DNA of 32,000 bases from Acaryochloris thomasi RCC1774 (lineage in GTDB: Bacteria > Cyanobacteriota > Cyanobacteriia > Thermosynechococcales > Thermosynechococcaceae). The stretch's first letter is position 1; each line of letters opens with the position of its first letter. This document shows positions 1 to 8,701 of the stretch, piece after piece. The DNA lies in contig NZ_PQWO01000002.1 in the NCBI RefSeq assembly GCF_003231495.1, positions 240,001-272,000 of the forward strand, given 5' to 3'. A program made the position numbers and the translations under genes. The notes beneath the pieces are model-generated. The model was given only the letters and a program-made list of their open reading frames with translations. It was not told the origin of the DNA and did not search any database.

Positions 1-532
1 GTCCAGGGTGGCTAGAGGCAATCTGGAACGGCTGCTGGGCCACCGGACTATCGCTAGGGGGAATGAACAAAAGCTGTAGCTCATCTTCTAATGCCACCAC
101 ATACAGCAGCCCTGAGCGTTGCCCTGTGAGCCGAGAGAGCTGACCGAGACGCTGAGAAATCTGTGCGGCATCGACTGGAGTCCCTGGGGCTGGCATTTCT
201 AAATACTGGCTGAACTTCTGTGCCTGCCAAGCTTCAACTAGCTGCACAGCCTCTGCCGGTCTGACGTCCTTAAGCTGGTCTTCCAAAATATCCCGAGGTG
301 ACTGGGGCCTGGGGGCCGTCGGGCGGTTGCGAAAGATTTGGAATAGATCTGGTAGGCCAATGCCGCCGCGATTGGGGCGATCGTTCTGATTGTCTGGAAA
401 GGTTCTCTCGTTCTGGCTAATCAAGTCACGGGTTTGCTTTCCCGCCGCAGGGTTAATGCGCTGGGCTTGGGCCGCTGCAGGGAGCAGCATGAGTCCTAGG
501 CAAAGACCGACGGATCGAGCGTAACGCTTCAT
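1..532 (-). CDS. Secreted protein, N-terminal 177 codons only (the rest lies beyond the left edge); probably the N-terminal region of a CHAT-domain protein
   Basis: Absent from the ORF track because it runs off the window. My hand translation from ATG (532..530) stays open to nt 1: MKRYARSVGLCLGLMLLPAAAQAQRINPAAGK... This is a signal peptide with an AQA-type cleavage motif. It continues ...AEAVQLVEAWQAQKFSQYLEMPAPGTPVDAAQISQRLGQLSRLTGQRSGLLYVVALEDELQLLFIPPSDSP. From memory, the motif order (xxxF-xxY, a short leader, then an LxYxx...D-L-L-L block) resembles the region preceding CHAT domains in cyanobacterial proteins. The CHAT domain itself is not in the window. Confidence 0.6.
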   Translation of the reverse strand, partial: MKRYARSVGLCLGLMLLPAAAQAQRINPAAGKQTRDLISQNERTFPDNQNDRPNRGGIGLPDLFQIFRNRPTAPRPQSPRDILEDQLKDVRPAEAVQLVEAWQAQKFSQYLEMPAPGTPVDAAQISQRLGQLSRLTGQRSGLLYVVALEDELQLLFIPPSDSPVAQQPFQIASSHPG

Positions 533-732
533 GGAAAACCTCGCCACAGAAAAGAACTGCAAAAGCATCTGCTTTGCTTTCTAGTCTAGGTCGGCAAGAC
601 CGGATCGTCGATGATGTCGATCGCCTGAAGTCGTGACGGTATTTGCTCTTGGGAGTGATGTGGGTCACCCGGTCGTTGACTGCTTTTTTCCGTTAGGATG
701 AACCTCTGCGATAGCTGTGGGAGAAAAAGCAA

Positions 733-1125
733 ATGTCAGATTCGCAACCTTGGGTGGATGATGGTAAGTCTCGTCCCCCAGTCTGGGTGGGTCATATTGC
801 TCTAGGAACTCGCAATTTTGACGCCTCAGAATCATTCATGCGTCAAATCGGGATGCGGTCCATTGTGAAGCGTGAGAATATTGCTGTTCTAGAAATGCGT
901 GGCGGAACGCATCTGGTCCTCAGAGCAAATCCAGAGGCAGTGCCCAACATAGCTCCCTTCGATCTAATGGTGGAAGATTTAGAGGCAGCTCACCAAGCGT
1001 TAACCCAAATGGGGCTGCAGCCCTCACCTATCCAACCGGGCAAAATTCACCAGTCGTTTACGGTGCGAGAACCCTCCGGCCATCAGATTAAATTTAATTC
1101 CAGCCATGTGGTGGGTCTGGTCTAG
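733..1125 (+). CDS. VOC (glyoxalase / bleomycin-resistance / dioxygenase) family protein
   Basis: 130 aa. Single VOC-like module: VGHIALGTRNFDASESFMRQIGM...GGTHLVL...FDLMVEDLEAAHQAL...FTVREPSGHQIKF. Size is typical of the family. Confidence 0.7.
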   Translation: MSDSQPWVDDGKSRPPVWVGHIALGTRNFDASESFMRQIGMRSIVKRENIAVLEMRGGTHLVLRANPEAVPNIAPFDLMVEDLEAAHQALTQMGLQPSPIQPGKIHQSFTVREPSGHQIKFNSSHVVGLV

Positions 1126-1156
1126 GACGATAATGTGGACCTGCACACTGAACCCA

Positions 1157-1840
1157 TTAGATTAAGCTCAGCTCCTGTAAGAGGTCTAAGTCATTGTCCG
1201 CTGACAGTTCTGAGAAATCGGGTAGCTCTTTAATGGCGACGATCTCTTCATCGAAGGTGTCCTGCAGTAGCTCAAGACAGCTATTGCGATAGACGCCAGG
1301 GGGAATATTGATCAGTAGCTTAATGGCTTTACTGAGCTTCGGCGCAGCGCCTTGCAGACGCTGCTCTAGATCTTTGACTTTATTTTCTTGGCCTTGCTGC
1401 AGTTCTTGAACTTGCTGCTGTAAAGATGCAGCACGCTCATGGGCCTTCTGGTATCGACGTTCGTGACTCTGATGTTTCTGCAGTCTGGCCTCAACGGTTT
1501 CTAGCAGCTCTTGGCGAGAAAAGGGCTTTGTCAGATAGTCATCTGCCCCTAGATTCATTCCCACTCGGATATCGCTCTTGTCTGCTCTGGCAGTTAAAAA
1601 GATAAACGGGATGGATTCAGTGATGGAATCTTCACGTAGGGCCTTTAATACATCACGGCCATCGAGGGCGGGCATCATCATGTCGCAGATGATTAGGTCT
1701 GGCAAGTGCTCCTGTGCCCACAGAATGCCAACGAAACCATTCTCTGCCGTAATCACCTGATACTCTTCTTCATGAAGTAGCTCTGCGATATTGGCGCGCA
1801 CTGCAACTTCGTCTTCAATAACAAGAATCTTGATCATCAT
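1157..1840 (-). CDS. Response regulator: CheY-like receiver plus an unrecognised C-terminal region of about 100 aa (coiled coil, no known DNA-binding output)
   Basis: KILVIEDE..., acceptor Asp in DLIICDMMMPALDG, FLTA and DDYLTKPF motifs. After residue ~120 comes a Q/E-rich coiled coil and then an acidic tail. The start lies 6 nt downstream of the kinase stop (1847), so it is probably co-transcribed. Confidence 0.9.
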   Translation of the reverse strand: MMIKILVIEDEVAVRANIAELLHEEEYQVITAENGFVGILWAQEHLPDLIICDMMMPALDGRDVLKALREDSITESIPFIFLTARADKSDIRVGMNLGADDYLTKPFSRQELLETVEARLQKHQSHERRYQKAHERAASLQQQVQELQQGQENKVKDLEQRLQGAAPKLSKAIKLLINIPPGVYRNSCLELLQDTFDEEIVAIKELPDFSELSADNDLDLLQELSLI

Positions 1841-1846
1841 CTTTCC

Positions 1847-3898
1847 CTAATTGACTGGAATTTCTACTGTAAAAGTTGTGCCTTCGCCTTCTTGACTTTC
1901 AAAACCGATCTTGCCGCAGTGAAGATCAATTGACTTACTCACAATTGCAAGTCCTAAGCCTGTCCCTGATATTGTGCCCACATTGCTAGCTCTATTGAAC
2001 GAGTTAAATACATTTTCTTGCTCTGATTTTGGTATTCCTAATCCATTGTCTCTGACCTTGAAAATGATGTTGTTTTCTAGAGACTGAATGTCAAAATAAA
2101 CATTGCCCCCCAGTGGAGAGTATTTAACGGCATTCCCGAGTAAATTCCCCAATATATGCCTTAATAATTTCTCGTCCATCTTTACGTCAGTAAAATCACC
2201 TGAATGCGTGAAATGAATCTCATGATTCTCGGTGGTGATCTGAATGGATTCCACAAGATCTTCGCAAAATTCGATCAGCTGTATCGGAATTGGCTGAAAC
2301 TGAAGCTGACCCGCATCTGCTTTTCCTAAGAGCAGTACGTCATTCAAGAGGCCCGTCATGTGATGTACTGAAACCTGGATGCGACGAAGATGTTTTTTCT
2401 TCTTATCTTCTGGCCATTTATGGCTATAGTGCTCGATTAGCTCTGATGATGAAAGAATGGTCGCTAAAGGTGTTCTAAACTCATGGGATGTCATCGCTAC
2501 AAACCGTGACTTAAGTTCGTTCAGTTCTCGTTCTTTTTCGAGGGAGTTGCGAATGTCTTGCTCAGCCTTTTTCCGTTCGGTAATATCCCTGATGATTGCC
2601 ATGATCTCGTTCTCCGCGCTGAGGGCAATGCGAGCTTCAAAGTCTGTTTGCGAACCATTGCGTTGAAGCTGGTATTCAAAGATTTTTACTTCTTGCTCAA
2701 GCAGCACTTCGTTGATGCATTTCATTAAAGGTTTGGCGACTTCAGAAGGTAGAACTTCGTAGACTGTGCGCCCTAAAAAATCATCTGTCGGTAATGGAAT
2801 AGTCTCTTGATTGGCGGCTTTGTAGTTAACGAAAGTGCCATCCACACTAATGCGAAACATCCAGTCTGGGATGGCGTTAAGTAGGGCGCGATTGGTGGCA
2901 TAACTGGACCGCAATGCTTCTTCAGCACGCTGCCGCTCATCAATTTCACTAATCAGTCGTTTGTTCGCCTGCTCAAGTTCGGTTGTTCTTTCTTGAACGC
3001 GTACTTCTAGGTCGTCATGGGCTTTTTGTAGGACTTCGCGAAATCTTCGCTCGCTGTTGTGCAGTGCTGCTTGGGTTTGCTTCTTCTCGGTGATGTCAAT
3101 GAGATAGATCCGAATGAGTTCACTGGTTTCTAGGCAGTGAACGGATTGGTTATAGATACAGTCTCGGTGGGTGATCTCACGCTCAAAGAAAGCATCTTCG
3201 TTCTGTTGAACCCGCTCAATAAGGCCGGCGAGCACAGGATGCTGTTGTTGTTGGCGGGGTAAGTCTGGGAACTGCCGGGTGGCGGCTGGATTGAGGTAGG
3301 TAATCTGTCCGGTGCTGTCAACTTCGATGATCGGGTTGATAATTAGCTCGGGAAAGGAGGCTAAACGGACAAGGGAAGCTTCATTATCTTCAACCTGTCC
3401 GCTGATGGTTTCGAAGGGGTTATGAAGGCCGGACAGAAAACCGGACATATCGTCGGTTTCGCAGGAGGTGAGAAAGTCGATGTCGGCGGGGTCTGAGGTG
3501 GCGAAGTAGCGGGCCATGACGTTGCCCCCAAAGATAATCACGTCTCCGTGGACGAGGTTATGGGAATAGCAGCGCTTGCTGTTGATTGAGATGCCGTTGG
3601 TGCTGCGCTGGCCCTGGAGGTTGCCGTCTACGATTCGAAACTGGTGGGTGACGGCTTGAGGGGTGGTCACTCGTAAAAGGATGGCGTGGTGGCGCGAGAT
3701 GGTTTCTGAGACTAAGACGATGGTGTTGCTCTCGCCTCGGCCAATGGTGCAGGTTGCGGCTTCTAGGGCAACGGTTCGCTTTCCCTTTTGGTCTTCGATC
3801 AGGAGTAAGTGGTGAATGGGGCGCTGTTGCTCTCGCTCTTGAACGTTACTTGAGCGGGTTTTTTCGCGGGGGCGACCGCCGATGATTTGGGTATGCAA
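1847..3898 (-). CDS. Sensor histidine kinase with N-terminal FHA domain: FHA - PAS-like - coiled coil - PAS - HisKA - HATPase_c
   Basis: FHA: TIGRGESNTIVLVSETISRHHAILLRV...STNGISINSKR...GDVIIFGG. PAS cap: SFPELIINPIIEVDSTGQITYLNPA. H-box: MTSHEFRTPL. N/G boxes: LLGNAVKYSP...DNGLGIP...GTGLGLAIV. Confidence 0.9.
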   Translation of the reverse strand: MHTQIIGGRPREKTRSSNVQEREQQRPIHHLLLIEDQKGKRTVALEAATCTIGRGESNTIVLVSETISRHHAILLRVTTPQAVTHQFRIVDGNLQGQRSTNGISINSKRCYSHNLVHGDVIIFGGNVMARYFATSDPADIDFLTSCETDDMSGFLSGLHNPFETISGQVEDNEASLVRLASFPELIINPIIEVDSTGQITYLNPAATRQFPDLPRQQQQHPVLAGLIERVQQNEDAFFEREITHRDCIYNQSVHCLETSELIRIYLIDITEKKQTQAALHNSERRFREVLQKAHDDLEVRVQERTTELEQANKRLISEIDERQRAEEALRSSYATNRALLNAIPDWMFRISVDGTFVNYKAANQETIPLPTDDFLGRTVYEVLPSEVAKPLMKCINEVLLEQEVKIFEYQLQRNGSQTDFEARIALSAENEIMAIIRDITERKKAEQDIRNSLEKERELNELKSRFVAMTSHEFRTPLATILSSSELIEHYSHKWPEDKKKKHLRRIQVSVHHMTGLLNDVLLLGKADAGQLQFQPIPIQLIEFCEDLVESIQITTENHEIHFTHSGDFTDVKMDEKLLRHILGNLLGNAVKYSPLGGNVYFDIQSLENNIIFKVRDNGLGIPKSEQENVFNSFNRASNVGTISGTGLGLAIVSKSIDLHCGKIGFESQEGEGTTFTVEIPVN

Positions 3899-4005
3899 TG
3901 GAGTCCTCTACAGAGCGCGAAAGAGCGCAAACACGATTCTGGGTACACTAACCCGCAATATGCCGGTGGATTTTTAGTATCGGCTCTGGAAATTTGCGAT
4001 CGCGT

Positions 4006-4038
4006 CCAAAATCAAGCACAACCCTGTATAACTTGTGC
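4006..4038 (-). terminator. Weak candidate intrinsic terminator after gdhA
   Basis: On the minus strand, 33 nt after the gdhA stop: GCACAA (4021..4016), an 11-nt loop, TTGTGC, then TTGATTTTGG. The stem is only 6 bp. Confidence 0.3.
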
Positions 4039-4070
4039 GTTGTCTGTATACGTTAATGAATCAAGAGAGA

Positions 4071-5360
4071 TTACGGATTAAGATAATCGGTTCGAGTTCC
4101 CTTGGCGGTGACGGCGGCTCCAATTCGGTTGAGGGCATGAACATAGGCGGCGGTTCGCACTGAAATGCCTTGCTGCTGAGAAATCTGCCAAATTGCCTGG
4201 GTCTCAGCGACCATTTTCTCCTGAAGCTGCCCTTGCACCTGCGCTTCTTCCCAATAGAGGCCGCTGCGGTTTTGCACCCATTCAAAGTAGCTGACGGTGA
4301 CGCCCCCGGCATTGACCAAGATATCTGGAAAGACCAGAATATTGTTCTGCTCCAGAATGGCGTCGGCGGCAGAGGTGATCGGGCCGTTTGCCACTTCAAA
4401 GATGTAGCGAGCCTCAATCTGATCGGCGTTCTCTGCGGTGATCTGGCGCTCTAAAGCGGCTGGAATCAAAATATCCACCTCTAGCTTTAGCAGATCTTCA
4501 TTGGTGATCACCTGATGCTCAACTAGGCTACAGACCGTTCCTTCGCAATACACCGCCTGGATTCCACGACTGGCCTCTTTCTGCTGGCGAATACTAGGAA
4601 TGTCTAATCCCTGTGGTGCATAGATGCCGCCTCTAGAATCGCTGACCGCCACAATTCGATAGCCTGCGGCAGCAAGCTGGGAGGCGACGACTGCGCCCGC
4701 ATTGCCAAAGCCCTGAACGGCAACGGTGGTCTCAGAAGGTACCAAGTCTAACTGGGACTGCAGGGTCTCAATGACATAAAACGCGCCGGTGCCGGTGGCG
4801 CTATTGCGTCCCTGGCTGCCCCCAAGGGCCAGGGGTTTGCCCGTGACGACACCTCGGCAAACTTGTCGCTGAATGATGCTGTACTGATCCATCATCCAGC
4901 CCATGATCATAGGGTTGGTGTAGACATCTGGAGCCAGAATGTCGATGTCGGGACCGATAAAATCTGCGATCGCATCTACATATCCACGGCTTAACCGCTC
5001 TAGCTCCATCTTCGAGAGCGCCTTGGGATCGACGGTGATCCCGCCCTTGCCACCGCCGAAGGGCAGATTCAGTGCCGCACACTTAAAGGTCATCCAGAAT
5101 GCGAGGGATTGCACTTCATCGGGAGAGACATTGGGGTGGTAGCGCACGCCCCCCTTAGCAGGACCACGGGTATTGTCGTAGCGCACCCGATAGCCCTGAA
5201 AAATTTGCAGCGACCCGTCATCCATCCGCACCGGTATTGAGATGCTGAGGCTGGCTTTTGGATAGCTCAAAGAGGTGAGAACATCGTCAGGCAGATCAAC
5301 GTACTTCAACGCCAACTGCAGGCGCTGGCTAGCATCGTCAAAAAGGCGATTGTTGGTCAT
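4071..5360 (-). CDS. gdhA: Glutamate dehydrogenase (Glu/Leu/Phe/Val dehydrogenase family)
   Basis: 429 aa. KGGVRYHP, catalytic-Lys glycine-rich motif LPFGGGKGGI, and Rossmann VAVQGFGNAGAV. Confidence 0.92.
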   Translation of the reverse strand: MTNNRLFDDASQRLQLALKYVDLPDDVLTSLSYPKASLSISIPVRMDDGSLQIFQGYRVRYDNTRGPAKGGVRYHPNVSPDEVQSLAFWMTFKCAALNLPFGGGKGGITVDPKALSKMELERLSRGYVDAIADFIGPDIDILAPDVYTNPMIMGWMMDQYSIIQRQVCRGVVTGKPLALGGSQGRNSATGTGAFYVIETLQSQLDLVPSETTVAVQGFGNAGAVVASQLAAAGYRIVAVSDSRGGIYAPQGLDIPSIRQQKEASRGIQAVYCEGTVCSLVEHQVITNEDLLKLEVDILIPAALERQITAENADQIEARYIFEVANGPITSAADAILEQNNILVFPDILVNAGGVTVSYFEWVQNRSGLYWEEAQVQGQLQEKMVAETQAIWQISQQQGISVRTAAYVHALNRIGAAVTAKGTRTDYLNP

Positions 5361-5385
5361 GGGACTGAACCTTGTATAAAAAAGG

Positions 5386-6072
5386 CTAGCTGGGCGCGAT
5401 ACTCACTTTGACCAGCTCAACGTCGTATACGAGGGTTGAGTTCTCGGCGACCGTAACCTCAGGTAAAAAGAATGGCTGATCGCCAAACCCCAGCTCTGGC
5501 GGAATAATCAGACGACGCTTGCCGCCCTTGTGCATGGTGCTAATGCCTTCCAGCAGTCCCGGCAAGATGAATTTGGAGAGTTCGATGTCGTTGCCAAAGG
5601 TGAATCCTAGAGCTTTTTGGTTGCGATCGCGACTCGACACCACCTGGGTACCATCCAGCAGCGAAAGCGTATACTCCAGCAGCAGCAGATCGCCGCGCTG
5701 GGGAATAGGACCCGCCCCCAGCTTGATCTCGGTGTATTTCAATCCGCTTTCCGTCGTGACTTCTTTGCGTTCGTCAGCCGCTAACTCCTGGGTCTGCTGA
5801 TTTTTACGCTCAACCGTGAAGTATTCCCAGCGGGTTTTGAGCTGCTCAAAGGTGAAGGCCAAGGCAATCAAGGCGATCCAGACGAGGGCGAACAAGAAAT
5901 TGCGACGGCCTAAGGCTTCAGCGACTGTTCCGGTATCGTTACTTGAATTCAATAGCTTGGATCGCAGGGCCGCAAACTTTTCTGATTCAGCCGGTGCAAC
6001 AGGCTCAGCCTGTTCGGTGGGTTCCGTCGATTCAGGTTCTGGAGATGGAGGGGCGGATGGCTCTTCAGTCAT
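5386..6072 (-). CDS. Membrane-anchored FKBP-type peptidyl-prolyl cis-trans isomerase
   Basis: Acidic, Pro-rich N-terminus and one TM helix (FLFALVWIALIALAFTF). C-terminal FKBP domain: GLKYTEIKLGAG...GDLLLLEYTLSLLDGTQV...FTFG...LPGLLEGISTMHKGGKRRLIIPPELGFG...LVYDVELVKV. Confidence 0.8.
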   Translation of the reverse strand: MTEEPSAPPSPEPESTEPTEQAEPVAPAESEKFAALRSKLLNSSNDTGTVAEALGRRNFLFALVWIALIALAFTFEQLKTRWEYFTVERKNQQTQELAADERKEVTTESGLKYTEIKLGAGPIPQRGDLLLLEYTLSLLDGTQVVSSRDRNQKALGFTFGNDIELSKFILPGLLEGISTMHKGGKRRLIIPPELGFGDQPFFLPEVTVAENSTLVYDVELVKVSIAPS

Positions 6073-6293
6073 AGCTTATCCTTTGCACTGATAATTGAGA
6101 GGTATGGAATAGCTCTTTCCAATCGTAATAGTAAAGCCTGATGACTGCTGTTTTGATTGGCAGTGCCCGAGAATAAATAAAGGTGAAGCACTATTGCTCT
6201 TACGACAGAGTCTTGGGATGGGGCTTGCCATTAATTAGCCGTCTCGTTCTCCTTCTTAAGGAAATGTTTACCCTAATCTGTAGCCTAGATCCA

Positions 6294-6321
6294 TTGACAA
6301 AAGAACGCGAAACGCTATAAT
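6294..6321 (+). promoter_or_regulatory. Near-consensus sigma70-type promoter (TTGACA-N16-TATAAT)
   Basis: TTGACA at 6294..6299, a 16-nt spacer, TATAAT at 6316..6321. It lies about 200 nt upstream of the Tic22-like ATG (6528). Confidence 0.45.
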
Positions 6322-6527
6322 TCACTTCAATTCGCATGTCTGAGTGGAACCTCGCGTTCTCCTACTGCGTCAAACTATGGGGCAGGTCGTTTAAAAATTG
6401 ATGATCGCGGAAGGACAGTTAAACCAGTGTCCTAGGGCGTTAATCGAATGTTGATTGGCTGAGGATATCCTTGAGCTAGCGAATTGCGAACATTAGTCAA
6501 CCTATTTGAAAGGGAGCATCAGCAACT

Positions 6528-7337
6528 ATGAACCGATTAATGCATTGGAGCCTCATTGCCACATTAGCCGGAAGCGGAGTTGTGGTGCCTTCTGTGACTC
6601 GCAATATGACTGCGATCGCAATTCCCGAAGCTGATGTTCTCAAGCGTCTAGAGCGCGTCCCTGTTTTCACCGTCACCGATCCGAAAGGGACCCCTGTCTT
6701 GGCCTCTCTGCCCAACCCGCAGGATAAGAGCAAGCAAATTCAAGTGGCCTATTTCTTCATGGGCCAAACCGATGCTCAGGCTCTGGTGACAAAGCTGAAG
6801 GCCGATAAGCCAGAGATTGGTAAAGATGCCAAAGTTGTCACGCTTTCTTTGAAGGAAGCCTACAACATCCAGAACGAGAACAAAGACAAGAAAGATCAGC
6901 TTGCTTTCCAGTTTTTGCCGACCCAGCAGCAGCTAGAGTCTGCTCAAGCTGTGTTGACCAAAAACGGTCTAGATCCAAAGAAGTTTACGGGTATTCCGCT
7001 GTTCTACGCCGTTGGTGGCAAAGATAAGGGACTTTTGACCCTACAGCAGGGTGAAGAGAAAGTGATTCCTTTCTACTTCAGTCAGAAGGATCTGGAGGGG
7101 ATGTTGGCGCAGCTTAAGAAGCAGGACGCGAAGCTGAGCGAAAGCACGACGGTTTCGGTGACTTCCCTCGATCGAGTGGTGGGGTCGCTGTTCAAAGAGA
7201 AAGGCGGTGAAATTGAGCAGATTGCCCTGATTCCTTCTCAAGAATCGCTCAAGTACGTGGTGGAGCAGAATAAGGCCAATGGTGGTGCTGCACCGGGCGC
7301 GGCGGCTCCTGAAAAGAAAGAAGAAGAGAAAAAGTAA
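6528..7337 (+). CDS. Tic22-like periplasmic/thylakoid-lumen chaperone family protein
   Basis: Signal peptide. The motif typical of Tic22 proteins appears twice: VPVFTVTDPKGTPVL...AYFFMGQTDAQALVTKLK and IPLFYAVGG...VIPFYFSQKDLEGMLAQLKK. Lys/Glu-rich tail. Confidence 0.7.
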   Translation: MNRLMHWSLIATLAGSGVVVPSVTRNMTAIAIPEADVLKRLERVPVFTVTDPKGTPVLASLPNPQDKSKQIQVAYFFMGQTDAQALVTKLKADKPEIGKDAKVVTLSLKEAYNIQNENKDKKDQLAFQFLPTQQQLESAQAVLTKNGLDPKKFTGIPLFYAVGGKDKGLLTLQQGEEKVIPFYFSQKDLEGMLAQLKKQDAKLSESTTVSVTSLDRVVGSLFKEKGGEIEQIALIPSQESLKYVVEQNKANGGAAPGAAAPEKKEEEKK

Positions 7338-7343
7338 TAGGCC

Positions 7344-8249
7344 TTGCACACGGCGTCGGGTTCTGAAATATGGCACTGGCAGCAGTGGGCGAAAGAGCAG
7401 CTACGGCCTCTTGAGTCTGAGTTTCGCTCAGACCTTGAGGCTGAGTTAGTCTGGCTGCTTCAAGAAGTTGCGGGTCTAGAGCGCCTAGCGCTGCGCCTAG
7501 AGACCTATCGAACGCAAAAAGAAATTGTGCTTGAGCGATCGTTGGCGTCGCTGACACAACTTTGGAAGCAGCGACTGCAGCAGCGACAGCCTCTGCAGCA
7601 GCTGCTTGGTCTTGCCCCTTGGCGGCATTTTGTGCTGCAGGTAACGCCAGATGTTCTAATTCCGCGCCCCGAAACGGAGCTTTTGATCGATCTTGCGATT
7701 ACCGCTACGCGAGACCACGAAATCCTGCAGAGAGGCCACTGGGCTGATTTAGGGACGGGCAGTGGTGCTATTGCTTTGGGGCTGGCAATGGCGTTCCCGC
7801 AGGCGCAGGTGCATGCGGTGGATTGGAGTCGAGAGGCAGTTGCGATCGCAACCCAAAACACTCAAACCCTTCATCTACAGAACCGCATCCAGTTCTATCA
7901 AGGCTCCTGGCTCGCGCCCCTAGACTCGCTCGAAGACCAGCTCAGCGGCATTATCAGCAATCCCCCCTATATCCCATCGACAATGGTGCCAGAGCTACAG
8001 CCAGAAGTGGCTTGGCATGAGCCTCACCTCGCCCTAGACGGCGGCGAAGATGGGCTCGATGCTCTGCGTCACATTATTGCCGAAGCACCGCAGTATCTCT
8101 GCTCGGGCGGGATTCTGCTACTAGAGATGATGGCCGGACAGGATCAGTTGGTCAACGATCTCCTCCATCAGCAGGCGCAGTACTGCGACATCCAAATTCA
8201 TTCTGACTTCGCTGGAATTGCCAGATTTGCCCAAGCCTACCGACAATAG
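7344..8249 (+). CDS. prmC: Release-factor glutamine N5-methyltransferase
   Basis: SAM motif DLGTGSGAIAL and substrate motif ISNPPYIP. The track start is a TTG 6 nt after the previous stop. Confidence 0.88.
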   Translation: MHTASGSEIWHWQQWAKEQLRPLESEFRSDLEAELVWLLQEVAGLERLALRLETYRTQKEIVLERSLASLTQLWKQRLQQRQPLQQLLGLAPWRHFVLQVTPDVLIPRPETELLIDLAITATRDHEILQRGHWADLGTGSGAIALGLAMAFPQAQVHAVDWSREAVAIATQNTQTLHLQNRIQFYQGSWLAPLDSLEDQLSGIISNPPYIPSTMVPELQPEVAWHEPHLALDGGEDGLDALRHIIAEAPQYLCSGGILLLEMMAGQDQLVNDLLHQQAQYCDIQIHSDFAGIARFAQAYRQ

Positions 8250-8266
8250 AGTCAGGAGGTCGCCCC

Positions 8267-8659
8267 ATGACTATGATTGATGCCTTGAAAGAGGATTATG
8301 CAAGATTCCCGAAGCAGCAAAGTTACGACTTATACGCCGAAGATGTTTACTTTGAGGATCCGCTCAATAAATTTCGAGGTGTACAGCGCTACCGCAAGAT
8401 GATCCAGTTTATTCAAACCTGGTTTATTGACACCCAAATGGAGGTCCACGATATTCAGCAACAGGGTGACGAAATTACGACCCGTTGGACGCTGCGCTGG
8501 CAGGCTCCTTTCCCTTGGAAACCCAAGATGGAAATTCCTGGGCGGAGCGAACTGCAGCTCAACGAGGCCGGACTGATCTGTTCTCACATCGATTATTGGG
8601 ACTGCTCTCGACTAGATGTGCTGAAGCAGGCCTTATCGTTTAGGTCGTCTAACATCTAG
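8267..8659 (+). CDS. NTF2/SnoaL-like small protein, probably the DUF2358 family
   Basis: 130 aa. YAEDVYFEDPLNKFRGVQRYRKMIQFI... matches my memory of the DUF2358 pattern from plants and cyanobacteria. Not verifiable here. Confidence 0.6.
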   Translation: MTMIDALKEDYARFPKQQSYDLYAEDVYFEDPLNKFRGVQRYRKMIQFIQTWFIDTQMEVHDIQQQGDEITTRWTLRWQAPFPWKPKMEIPGRSELQLNEAGLICSHIDYWDCSRLDVLKQALSFRSSNI

Positions 8660-8701
8660 GAATAAATCGATCTCTGAATTGCGAATAGCCGAGGCGAAGC
8701 A

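Noticed and set aside
453-668. 71-aa minus-strand ORF from the track
   Set aside because: It overlaps, in another frame, the start of the better-supported signal-peptide ORF (1..532) and the divergent promoter region. The product is Arg/Ser-rich with no recognisable motif. Probably spurious.
1-3995. HIP1-free stretches (1..3995, 16828..19553, 28427..32000) as evidence for horizontal transfer
   Set aside because: At about 0.66 sites per kb, a 3-4 kb gap has a chance probability of roughly 0.07-0.15, which is not significant alone. I used direct GC counts instead for the two regions where composition really differs.
6302-6360. 9-bp inverted repeat (AGAACGCGA / TCGCGTTCT) bracketing the -10 box and early leader of the 6294 promoter
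   Set aside because: 9-bp inverted repeats at this spacing are expected several times by chance in the window. There is no further symmetry to suggest an operator.
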